The translations under genes were made by a program, and so were the position numbers. 64,000 nucleotides of DNA from Camelus dromedarius. Taxonomy: Eukaryota. The notes under the pieces were generated by a model. The model did not search any database, was not told the DNA's origin, and worked only from the letters and a program-made list of their open reading frames with translations. Every line of letters starts with the position of its first letter. Position 1 is the stretch's first letter. Positions 38,401 through 50,560 of the stretch are shown piece by piece. Location of the stretch: the NCBI RefSeq assembly GCF_036321535.1, contig NC_087447.1, positions 37,574,001-37,638,000 of the forward strand, read 5' to 3'.

Positions 38401-40724
38401 TGGTTCCAATCCCATCCCCACCTCGGGATCATGCAGAACAATATCCTTCTGTGAATAAATACTGTGAATAAATCCCTCAGAGCCTTTCCTGAGAGTGGGC
38501 TTTTGTGGGAAGGATGTGGGGAGCACATAAGGAACCTGGTTAAGGTGAGAGAGAGGTGGAGAATGTGGAGACATAAAGACAGCAAGCTGAAAGCCCAGAA
38601 GACAAACTGCACCAGTGCCTCAGTTTGCAGAAGGCCTGTCCACTCACGTTCAAAGTGAGAACCTTGTGGCTGAGCACTGATGAAATGATTTCTGCATGTT
38701 GGGAAAACATGCATTTGCAAGCACTTCATACCCATTAACTCTCTTGATCTCTTTTTCCTCCAGCTCTTGCGCTCACCACTTTGCACAAATAAAGTAATTC
38801 AGGAGCTAAAAGATGACCAAAATGGCTAAGATGGATAGCTGGGATAGTGAGATAGTAAAAGAAAGAAAGAAAATGGACTATTGGTAACTCCTTTGTGTCA
38901 CTGACACGAGTTTTGAAAACATTTTCCTGCCCAGATTTTCCATAAACTATTTTCAGTGGATCAATTTTTATCCTGTCTTTTTCCCACTTGGCTAAGAAAC
39001 CACTGAATGAAAAATGGTAGATTTCTATTAGAAATAGAAGGCGAACTCATAAGCCCCACTATTAATGAGGTGATTTAAAAATATATATATTCAATCAAGA
39101 GTAATTGGGGCTGAGCATAGTAAGTCATGGAAAATTATAAGCTCTGCCCACTCTAGGGCATGACTGACTATTAAAATCTTTTTCACACCATTGCCTACAG
39201 AAAGCAGCTGGGCACCATGCCACCAGGGAGGTGGCAGCAGAATGGCCTCATTCCCTAAACAGGCTTGCAAAAAAAAGAGGACAATTGGTTGGATTGCTGA
39301 ATCAAACTTAACCCTCTATATGCCACATCAAGTGGATTTTCAACAAAGAACAGTCAAGAGTTAACTCCTCAAGAGTCAGTCATGGAATGGCTTATTCACT
39401 TGAAAAATATTTATTGAATACCTTTATGGAATAACCACTGTGAGCTTTTGCATCGGTTATCCCATTTCCTTTAAATCTCAAAACAAATAAATACATATAA
39501 TTCACCCTTGTTCATGAAGGCTGCAACTGGAGTTCAGAGAAGCCAAGGTGATCCACCCAAGGTCACATAGTCAATCCGTGGCAGAGCTGCAGTTGTATAT
39601 GTCGACTCCACTCCCAGAGCGCGTCTCATAACCCCAGACACCTGGTCTACTTGCTCTGCAGTCACCCAGCTGTGGTTCGACCTCAATTAATCAACAACAA
39701 GCCTCAGTTAACCAGAACATGCACCTGGGATTTTCTTGCATGTTCTTCCCCGTTTTACTCTGAGTTAAAGAAAAAACCCTCCCGTTTCAAGCTGGGTCGT
39801 TGATAAATGTGGAATAATGTCTAGATCTCTTTTACGTACTGGCCTATGCAGAGAACATGGTGAATTATCGTCTTTTTAGGAAGGAACCACTTGCAAAAAT
39901 GATCTCTTTGAACACAGTCCTCACTGTCCATGGCTATGAACGGTGGGAATGCCAGAATCCCTGAATGTCCAGGTTCTCTCATCCAGCCCTTGTTTTCTTG
40001 CCACTCCTTCCTTTACCCCTGCCCCCACCATATTATACATCAGGACCCAGAAAGAGTCAGGGACTTGGTTATGACCTGATCCTAGCATGTATCTTTTCTT
40101 TCTTACTAATAAATCCTTTATATGAGGCTGCATCATTGTGTTTTATGTTCTAGTCACACACACAAAAACAAAAAAGCAGAGGAAGAATTAAAATTATATT
40201 TTGGTGAAGTGTTTGATTAGCTAGGATCTGTTTTGTCAAGGTTAGAGGCCACGTTGTACGAGGGCAGGAACTCTAAACCAAAGGTTAGTTAACAAGGGCT
40301 CCAGCCTGAAATTCACCATCGTTACAGGTACGACCATGCGTCAGGTTCTTCAACTTCAAGTGGACCTAATGATACTTATTACTTACAACCTACTTCACAA
40401 GATGGTTGTGAAGATCAAGTAATAGAACACGCATGGGACATTTCAAAGTGCTGTCAAAATTGTCTGTGACTTGTGCTTGTGCCTTAGCCCGACAGCATCC
40501 CTACCTCTGACACATGTCATTGAAGCATTACCAGGACTGTAAATGGAGTAGCATGAGAAGAGCAAAGTTTCTGGGATCAGACTGGCACTGGTTCAGGTGC
40601 TGAATCTCCCACTTGCTATTTGAACGCCCTTGAACAAATTAATTATGCTCACCGAGTCTCAGCTTTTCACCCATCAAGTGAAAATAGCAATATGTTTCCT
40701 ACTGAGTTGTGGAGAGGACTATAA

Positions 40725-40900
40725 CGGTGTTCTGGTAAATGTCTGACAATCAACCTTCCGAACCAAAAAAAGCCCTGGTTTGTGATGTTTGCTGGTTTCT
40801 GTGGCGTTCATGTTCTCACCACAGCCGACTGGAGGCTGAGTTGGTAAGTTGTGGGTGCTTCGCTCTTACAAGCCGGCCTGAGCCAGCACCAGCCCACCTC
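40725..40900 (+). mobile_element. MER63-like hAT-Blackjack element
   Basis: ggtgttctggtaaatgt...aaaaaagccctggtttg...gccggcctgagccagcaccagcccacc resembles recalled MER63A. Confidence 0.7.
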
Positions 40901-42964
40901 TCAGATTAGACGAGTTCAGGAACGTGAAGACCCAGGACAGGTTTCCCATTTACCAGGAAAGCAATAAATGTACGTTGACTTTATTCTGCTTGGGCCCTGT
41001 CCTCCAAGGCTCAGAATATGAGGCAGACACTGAGGCAGGGTTTGGGGGTGCGGGTGGGGTCTACAAGCAGACTCGTTCCTGGGGTAAGTGAGAGTGATAA
41101 CCGGAAGGAAGAGGCATCCTGACACCACAGTGAGGACCAGAAAACTAGAGGAAGATAATCAGCAGAAAAAGGAGCAATCCTTCCCTCGAGTCCCGGATGC
41201 AGCGAAGGATTGGAATTCATACCCAGTCTTGGCATCATCCGAATCCTCTTCAGTCCACCATCACCTAGGTAACTGGGGCTGTGTGGGATTAGTTGCCTGG
41301 CAACAATGCCCACCTCTCTACTTCTGCACACACCCATATGCCCTGACCTCTGCTGACATTCCTATCCCAGTAACACATCTTTCTACTACCAGCCCCTGTC
41401 CCTGGCTAAGCCAAGCCCAGGGCCCATTTAACCAGAGTACACCAGCCCAGAAATCCACAAGTCTGCCTGCTTTTATGGAAGAAACGCACCAAAAACAAAG
41501 AGGCCAGATCAAGAGCCAGGAAGGAGCCTTGGAGCCTAGTCCCAGCTCCCCACAGGACCTGCTGCTGTGGGACCTTGAGTAGGTTGCTTAACTTCTCTGA
41601 GTTTTTGTTTCTTCATCCCCCAAATGGAGATTTCCCTCTTACCTGTACCAAGGGGATTCTCTTTCATCTGTAAAATGGGAATTATAACGCCTGCTGGGCC
41701 AGAACACAAAGTTGTCCTCGGGCCCAATGTGTGAGAAGAGTCCTCTGATGCACAACAAGTGCAAAGGGTGACAAGGTGATGATTATGATCGCCAGCAGGC
41801 CTGGCATCACATGGGCTTCCAACCTCTCCTGCCTTCCTGGCAGCTAGGCGGAGGCCCTGGCACCAGGAAACCAAGGGATGAGTGAGGCAAATCCCTTCCG
41901 GGACAAAGCAGGGGACATGCTCGAACGGATTCGGCAGAGGGTTTGTGTTCCTCCCTGAACCACTGCAGAGCCATTGGTACAGGCAGCCCGGAATCCTGCC
42001 CAGCAGCTCTCACTCCCTGGGAAGAAAATTGGCAGCCCTGGGAAGTGAGCAGCTCTCAGGTCGGACTTGATTAGGGACCAATTTGGGCCTGTTAGCCGAG
42101 CCTCCAGTATCATCTCAGCCAATTACAGGCCCAGCCTGGCCTGCAGCTGGCTGCTCCCTTCCAAGCCGGACACTTTTATTTCCAGCAGAGCTCTCCCTTC
42201 GCCTGAGGCAAGAGACCAGGGTGACTGTGGCCCATTAAAAAGACAGAGAGAGAAATAACTCACTCAGTAAGGTAATGGTGTGGGTGGGGCTTGAGCTGGA
42301 GTTTTAATTTTAAAAAAAATCCTCAATAAACAGTTTTGTGCCTTGCATGTAATAAGTATGGGAATTTATAAACTCTCCCCAGCTATGGGGCTCTGATGAC
42401 TATTAAACTTCACGTCTGGCAGAGGAATTCTGGCCTCATGGGTTAACCGTGCTACTTCACCTCTGCCAAGCCAAACAGACTGGCAACCCAGGAGGGAGGC
42501 CGGGGAAATTGTGCTCAGACTGCCCATCCCCCCACCAACCTTTCCAGAGCTCCTGGGGTCAGGCGATCCCCCAAACAGCACTATAGCGCAGGTCCTTAGG
42601 AAAACCAGTATCTGCCAAAGACTCCTTCCGACTCCTTTCCCTGCTTCTGCAGGAATGTGGCACTCACTCCTGCTCCCTCCAGTCAAAGCATTGCTCCAGA
42701 GAACGCAAGCATGAAGGGTCAAATCTCAGAATAACGTATTACCTCTTCCCCCAGGGCAGGTGCTGCCTTGTATATTTAACAACCCTCCCTTCGCAGCATG
42801 GCATTCAAAGCCCCCCCACCAATCTGGCCGCTTCTTACCTCATTTCTCACCACTCTCTGCCTCCCACTTACCCCTCCGTGCATTCTTCGTACAGGCTCCT
42901 GCCTTTGGGCTGCTGCTTGTGCTGCTGCCTCTGCCTAGATGCCAACTCCCTTCTATCCTTGCCT

Positions 42965-43220
42965 GGTGCAGTGCAGTCGTTAAGTGCATGGACCCCAGGG
43001 CCAACCTAGAGTTTGAATCCTAGCTTACCAGCTGTTTCACTTTTGCAAATTTAACCTGTTAATTCCTCAGACTCCTCAACTATAAAATAGTGATTATGAT
43101 ACCTCCATCACAGGGTTAGCGTGAGGATTAAATGAGCACATGGGTGCACATGTCTGTGTATATGTGTGCATTGTGTTTGGCATGTAGGACGCATTGCATA
43201 GCTATTTGCTGTCATTATTA
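42965..43220 (+). mobile_element. MIR SINE
   Basis: gtgcagtcgttaagtgcatggac...gtttgaatcc...acagggttagcgtgaggattaaatgag. Confidence 0.75.
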
Positions 43221-43234
43221 TCCTTTAAGATAAA

Positions 43235-43440
43235 TGTCAGCAGACTACAGCCTGCAGACCAAATCTATCTACCTGTTTTCATAAAGTTTTATCGGAGTAC
43301 AGCCACAACCACACCTACCTGAGGACGTATTGTCTATGACAGTTTTCCTGTTACAGTGGCAGAGTTGTACAGTTGTGACAGAGATACTATGGCCCCAAAG
43401 GCTAAACTGTTTACTGTCTGCCAGTTGTGCTGGCCCCTAC
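43235..43440 (+). mobile_element. MER58A-like hAT element
   Basis: gtcagcagactacagcctgcagaccaaatc...ataaagttttat...gtggcagagttg...tgtgacagaga...tgctggcccct. Confidence 0.75.
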
Positions 43441-46210
43441 TTAAGTTAAAGAAGATGCTGATGCGAACATCCCCCCCATTCCAGGCTGCATTAGGCACCA
43501 TCCTTTCTGCACCTCCCCCATCCTTTCCCTTTTGCACACTTATCCACACTGCAGTGAATTACTGGGGGGTTTGCTTCCACCATTGGACTGTGAGCCCTTC
43601 AAGGGAAAGAACCATATTTTCTTTATTTGCTTTTCCTACAAGGGCATTGCAAATTATGACTTATGGGTGAACTAGGAACAGATCGTACCTTAAGCCACAA
43701 AGAGACTCAAGCACAAACCTTGTAAGCTGAACAAGGCTGCCCAGTTTGGGATGGGCACACCTATGAAATGAAGAGAAGCCTCAGCCTTGTCAGCTTGTCT
43801 GTGAGTCCCAAGATAGAACCATTTCAGATTAAAATAGCTTCAAAAACTAGTTGATGAGGCAGAGGGAAGAATAACCTTGATATCCACGCACAAGTTTTGT
43901 TACGATTAGTTCTCAGTGTTTTCAAAATCTCATTTCTCCTTCTTCTCCATCTCTCACTCCCCTTCGTGTCATGCTCAGAGGAGGCTCACCAAGTTAGGCA
44001 CATGAGCTCTGAGGGGCTGGGTGGTGACGAGGCAGGAACAGAGCTGGGGAGCCAAGAAACACAACAGGAAATCACATTCCCCAGTCATAAGGAGGCTAAG
44101 AAAAATAGAAAGATGGCCAAGTCTGAGGTTTTCTAGAACTTTCTTCTACTTGGCCTTCAGTCAAGGAAAGAAGGGCATCTAAGCTTGAAGATAAAAGTGG
44201 TTGGAGAAAGGATCTATGACCTTGATGAACACCTTAACATCACAATCGTACAAACAGGAGCTACTAATTCACAGCCTTGAAAGAAATGATTGTCTTGACA
44301 TCAGATATGGAAAGTTCTCAGTGAGTCATAGCGGGAAGGAGAGGATTTAGTGATGGGCGGGCAAACAACACACAGATAGAAAAGGAACCTCAGTCCCTGC
44401 CTTCAGAGAGTCCATCATCTAATGAGAGGTTAAAACCAGTAGGACTGTAATTGTCCTTGTAAACCTGAGCGAAAACCCAACCGACAATGTGCACAATGAA
44501 CCCCAGAGACTAAATCAGTTCCTATTACTGTGAAATCTCAGCTTAACCAAAGATTCCCAGCCAGTGACGCACTGACTGTAAGCAATATTTGAAACAATAA
44601 AACCACCCCGTAACAGGAAAAGAATTCAAAGAAGCCCTTGGGGTCTCTGTAAAAAGGTTTGGCCTACATAAACACTTGCTGCATAATTGAGAACCCAAGA
44701 ACGCTGAGCAAAAGATTAGGTGCAATGCAGCTTTGACAAAGTTACCAAGAGGACCAAGGGCAGCAGACATCCTGGAACTGGAAGGCACCACAAGCTTAGC
44801 ATTTTCCAAAGTGCATCCCTTGGGATGTTTCTAGATATTTACCTGTAAATTTGTTAAGTAGGTATCTTTATAGTAGAATCTTTAGTATGTTCTTATGTAG
44901 CGTGACTCTTAGAAAGGAATAAAATATATGGCATTTCTTGAATTTCTTACATGTATTTGATAAGGAAACACATTTTCTGTAGAGTATCGCCCACCTCTCA
45001 TTTCTGCAGACAATTAAGAAAATGGTCAAAGTGTTGGTAAAACTGTGAGCTCTTTGAGACAAGAGTGGTTCATTTCATTTGGTGTTACCGGTGCCCAAGA
45101 CAGCACCTGGCACAAACTGCTTAGAAAACATTAGTGAAGTGGAACCACTGAATGTGAGAAGCTAATGTCCCAAGCTTAAGTCACAGACATACCATAGCCT
45201 CAGGCCTCACAGACTTGCCACAGTGCAGAGAAGCAGAGAGAACTTCCATGAGGATGCTGCTCCACTCTCCAGAGTCCAGCTGAGCTAGAGCACAGTTTTT
45301 GCCAGAAGAAACTTGGATAGCTTATCCCGTCAGCTTTGAATAAAGGATACTCCTCCTTGAAAGATGATTGAGTCAGAGTCTTCTGAAATGGCAAGGGCCT
45401 ATGAGCCCTCTTTCAGAACCTGAAGTAACCAACCAGCTCAACTCCCCCAAAGTAGTAGCCATCACAGGAGGAAAATGTCATATGTTACTTTCATGTGAAA
45501 TCAGCAGAATTTTCTGAATGCTAACATTTGACAGGATGTCTAGCAGAGCTACTCGGGCCAGATATGAATGAGTTTCTAATAATCTCATGAAGAAAACTGT
45601 ATTCTGTAACACTCTTGCTATACCCTTATATACACCATTAAAGTGCCTGGAAATTATAGAAATTATTTTATCGGCTACATTAATTTCCTCTTGAAACATC
45701 TCAACATAACAACTTGAAATTAAGCATCAGAATTCTGTGGTTGCATTTAAATATGTTAATAATCTTAGGTAAACAAACCCAAGGCTGAAATTGTCTACAA
45801 AGAATGGAGGGCAGCTTGTTGGAGGTTCATAAACACAATGAAGAATAATTATATGCTAAAACACTTAACCTTGGGAACATGCAGAAAATTTACAAAGATC
45901 AATTGCTCATAAAAAAGAGAAAAAAATTTAATCAAATGAGAGAGTTATCTAGTAAATGGTTAGAAAACTTGATGGGAATTCCTTTGATAATACCATTTTG
46001 ATTTGATTAGTGGTACTATTTTTATATCTTTAGTAAACAGAGTTTGATTATACCACTGAGCTCCTTTTCTGCAGAAATATTACAAGCCCATTAGTGGCTA
46101 AAGGGAAAATGTAGGAGGAGGATTCAGAATACATTTTTAAATTACAACCCACCCTTCTCTCTCCTTGTTTTCTAGTGATACTAGTTTGCGAAGTCTGCCA
46201 TAACATAGTA

Positions 46211-47343
46211 CAGTAGTCCCGCCTTGCCTGCGGGGGATATGATCCAAGACCCCCAGTGAATGCCTATAACTGCAGATAGTACCAAACCTTACACCTACAG
46301 TTTGCCCTCCATACCCATGGATTGCACATCCACTGATCCAACCAACCATGGATCAAAGATATTCCCAAAAAAAAAAAAATTTCAGAAAGTTCCCAAAAGC
46401 AAAATTTGATTTTGCATGTGCTGGCAACTATTTACATAGCATTTACATTGTATTAGGTATTATAAGTAATCTAGAAATAATTTAAATTGTAAAGGAGGAT
46501 GGGCATAGGCTATATGAAAATACAATGCTATTTCATTTAAGGGACTTGAGCATCTGTGAATTTTGGTATCTACTGGGGATCTGTTTTTTTCCTATACACA
46601 CATACCTATGATAAAGTTTAATTTGTAAATTAGGCATAGTAAGAGATCAATAACAATTATTAATAATAAATAGAACAATTATAATAATATACTGCAATAA
46701 AGGGTATGTGAATGTGGGCCCTCTTTCTCTCAAAACATCTTATTGTACAAAATTAATGCCTTTTCTGTCTTAACTTAAGCACTCACCATGCAATGTGGCC
46801 ATAACTTTTGCAGTCTGAGGTACAACAGTAAAACTACCACGATTTTCTTTTTCGTTCTTTACAATTGCACGAGTAGATGATTCATTCCTACCATAAATCT
46901 TCGCAACTTTAGCATTTGATTTTTTTTCCTTATTAAGTTGAAAACTTTCCACCTTTTCACTTTAAGGAAGCACTTCACGGCTTCTCTTTGGCAGATCTGA
47001 ATTTCCAGCATCACTACTCTTGCACTTTGGGGCCATTACTAAGTAAAATAAGGATGATTTGAACACAAGCACTGCGATACCAAGACAGTCGACCTGGGAA
47101 CCTAGCCGGCTACTAAGTGACCAACAGGCAGGATACGCTGAACAAAGGGGCGATTCACCTCCCGGGAGGCATGAAGCAGGACGGCGTGGGACAGTGCGAG
47201 ATTCCGTGACACTACTCAGAATGGCAATTTAAAACTTATGAATTGTTTATTTCTGGAAATTTCCATTTAATATTTTCCAACCACAGTTGACCGCCAGTAA
47301 CTGAAATGGAGCAAGTGAAACCGTGGATCAGGGGAGAGTGCTG
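46211..47343 (-). mobile_element. MER44/Tigger7-family DNA transposon with transposase N-terminal remnant
   Basis: TIR cagtagtccc.../...ggggagagtgctg with TA target duplication; minus-strand peptides MAPKCKSSDAG and AKVAKIYGRNESS...IVKNEKE (pogo/CENP-B-type HTH). Confidence 0.85.
46298..46581 (+). mobile_element. MER2(B)-like element nested in the Tigger
   Basis: TA|cagtttgccctccatacccatgg...ccaaccaaccatggatc...tatttacatagcatttacattgtattaggtattataagtaatctaga; right TIR missing. Confidence 0.8.
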
Positions 47344-47949
47344 TACCACAGACTGGGTAGCTTAAACAACCGAAATTTATTTCCTCACAAGTTTGGAGGA
47401 CAGAAATCAGAAATAAAAGCGTTGGCAAGGCTGGTTCCTTCTGAGACTTCTGTCGTTGGCTTGTCTTCTCCCTGAGTCTTCACATGGTCTTCCTTCTATT
47501 TCCACTCTTGTTCAAGTTTCCTTCTTATAAGGATACCTGTTATGTTTGGTGAGGACCCACCCCAGCGACCTCATTTTAACTTAATTACTTCTTTATAGAC
47601 CCCATTCCAAATACAGTCACACTCTGAAGTACTAGGACTTAGAACTTCAAATGTGAACTTGAGGGGACACAAGTCCAGAACACTTCTCTTCCTCCAGTTT
47701 TTAAAGGAGAGAATATTGCTGCCTTAAAATTTTTCCTTTTATATATTTACATTATACTCTCTAACTTTGTCATTTGTATCAAATTACAACAATTTCTATT
47801 AATTTTTTTCTCCTAAATTTCTCTTTCCCAATATCATCCCTAGCTTAGATCCCTGCAGCAGCTTTTCCCCTGACTTCTCCCAACATCCAGCAGCCAGAGT
47901 GTTCTTGCTACATACAAATCTTAGAGCTGCTTCTCTGTCTAAAATCTTT

Positions 47950-48470
47950 CTGGATATTTAAACATCCAAAATTCTAAGATGCTATAAATTACACTCCTGT
48001 GGATTTATCCAAAGAAAAGAATCAGAAAATTACACAAGGATGTCCTTGCAAAGAATTTTGTCACAGAATTATTTACAATAGAGAAAGTTGAAAATCACCC
48101 AAAATCCCCAATAATAGAAGACTGGTTTAATAAAACTAAGATGTGCATCCATGCAATAAAATACCATGCAGCCATAAAAGGGATGAGGCCAGAAGATATG
48201 TTTGTTGAAAATTTAAAAAAAAATCTGTCCTCTATTAAATTTTTTAAAAAAGCTAAATGATATATACAGTATGTTCTTATTTAAAATGGATAAAGGATAG
48301 ATTGAGAGATAGATAAATAGAGAGAATTCTGGACAGATAGAGATCAAATGTTTGCTGGTGGTTATCTTTGGTAGTATTACAAGTGATTTTTTGTTTATTT
48401 ATATGTATGATCTAATTCTTCAAAAACAAATATATATTGCTCATATAATAAAGAAATCAAAGTTTAAAAA
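47950..48470 (+). mobile_element. Old L1ME-type ORF2 end and 3' UTR
   Basis: aattacactcctgtggatttatcc...ttatttacaatag...aaataccatgcagccataaaa...gtggttatct. Confidence 0.65.
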
Positions 48471-50314
48471 GAAACTCTGCTAATCCCCCTTTCCCCACAG
48501 ATAGAAGTTCAAGCTTCTCAACATGACATCCAAAGATCTTCACCCTGGAGCTAGACTACCTTTCCAGGTGCCTCCTGTTACCCCACCTCACTGTCCCCTA
48601 CCCCAGCCCTCTCCATTCCCTGTTTCCCTAGCATGGCTTCCTGTCTCCTGTCTCTGTGCCTCTTCATATGTTTTTCTCTCTACTATGGAATTACCTGTCT
48701 CTACACGTTTTGACTGACAAACTCCTATTCATCCTTTAAAACCCATATCAAACTTCTTCCTTGTGAAGTTTTCCCTCAAGATAGAGTTGCTCCCTCTTCT
48801 GGATCCCCACAGATCTTTATTTATGCTTCAAGCTCAGCATGTAGCTTCTTTCATCTTGATTACTTTTTATGTTCCTTTCACTACTCTGTGGGAACTTCAG
48901 AGACTAAATTAGAATCTGAGGAGTTAAAGTGCCCATGAGAGGTTGGCCCCCACTTCTGACGGGGTATCAGCTGTAGGGCAGAGTGGGAGGATTAAAGGAA
49001 GTCTTTAGACTTTAGATCCAGTCCCCCTTCCTTAGGGCAAGCTTTTCCTGACCACCCCCACCCTGGCCTCAGGGGAGACCAGGCTCCTCCTTGTTGTCTT
49101 CTCTGGCAGTTCCCTCCACCGGTTACTGCCAGACTCCCTCTTGAGACTTTTCTCCCTTGGGCAGGATTCATGCAGCCCAGTGTGCATCTCCAGAGCTCAT
49201 TGCTGTAGGCACTCGGATCTTTCCTGAATAAATGAATAAATAGGTAAAATGCCAGCCCAGAGCCTGGCTCACAACAGCCTGTAGGCAATATGTCCTCTTC
49301 CCCATGCCCTCCTCTGGGATGATGAAGTCTGAATATTCTACACTCTGTTCTGTGCCCAAGAAATCCCCACCCTCTACAGGAGACCCTAGAAGAAATCACA
49401 TCACTGCTCTTTCAGAATGATTTTGAAATATTTTCACCAGAGACGTTCTTTTGAGGCTGGAGGAAGCTCTGGCTCGTGCTCCATAATGAACTGTGACATT
49501 TCTCTCAGTTTTCTTTATGGCTCTTCCAGGAAGGACTCCTTTCAGGACCATTAAGAAGAGTGTGGACAAGGATATATGTACTGGGGGAAAAAAAAAGAAC
49601 AGAAGGAACTATAATAAAGCTTTAACCCTGGCTTTCTCAGGGTGGTGGGCCAGTGTAAGATCCTTCTCCATACTTTTCTATAATTTCTAAACTTTCTGTA
49701 TTAATCATGTGTTGTGTTTATAATAATGAAACAGCAGTCTTTTTAAGAGAAAGGCTGTCCTGGTGTGTCTGCGATGACACATGAGTAAATCTCAGATTGC
49801 ATTTCATCACTAATATCAACACAGACATAATCCCATACTCTGGGAAAGTAAGCCCTTATTGGACAGCAGAGTAGGGCACAAAATGACTTCAATCTCCTTC
49901 CCAGATCACGGGATACTGGCCTGTCTAGGGACAAACAAATCAGAATCAGAAAGCCTGGGCCAAATAAGCAGGAGGTGGTCCTCAGGCCCAGGAGAGCTCC
50001 ACGGGCCTCAGGATGAAAACCACGGGGCCCCTGGAAGCCAAGAGAGGTCTCAGAGTCTCAGCAAATATTCAAGAGCAACTTTCCTGGCCTCACTCTCAGG
50101 TTGTTTTGTTTTGTTTCCTCTTTGACAGACTAACCCCTCTCACTTAATTCAACTGGTCCCATATGACCTTATTTCCATCTCTCTGATTACGTCAGTCTGC
50201 AGCAGCTCCCTCCTAAAATGTGCCTGCAGATCTGTCGTGACGATGGCAGGCTGTCTGAGGGCCATCACCTCCCTTGTTGGGAGCACTATACACTCATTAA
50301 TCTGAAGATCCAGC

Positions 50315-50560
50315 TACAATGGAGAGGTTAAGAACAGAGAGTCTGGAAGCAAACTGCCCAGTTAAAATCTCAGCTCTGACACTTGCTGTGTGACTTTGCC
50401 CAAACTCTTTGACATCTCTGTGCCTCAGATAAAGTGGTGATAATGATAGTACCTCCCCCAGAGGGTAGCCAGGAGGATTAATGGGGTTCATCGTTGTCAA
50501 GCACTTAGAGCAAGACCTGGTACAAGGAGAGTGGGCGAGTATTAATTGCTATTATTATTG
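50315..50560 (+). mobile_element. MIR SINE
   Basis: ggttaagaac...gctgtgtgactttg...tctctgtgcctcag...agcacttagagca. Confidence 0.8.

Larger units (their letters stand above)
46173..47682 (-). mobile_element. MLT1A/B-type LTR split by a Tigger insertion
   Basis: Left piece tagtttgcgaagtctgccataacatagTA continues after 47343 as TAccacagactgggtagcttaaacaac...ggggacaca. Confidence 0.8.

Noticed and set aside
41088..41582. Longest ORF in the track (164 aa)
   Set aside because: No recognisable domain, non-ATG start, and it ends inside a MIR; consistent with a chance ORF.
46770..47035. Domesticated Tigger (TIGD-like) gene
   Set aside because: Only a disrupted N-terminal fragment inside an internally deleted element; no DDE domain.
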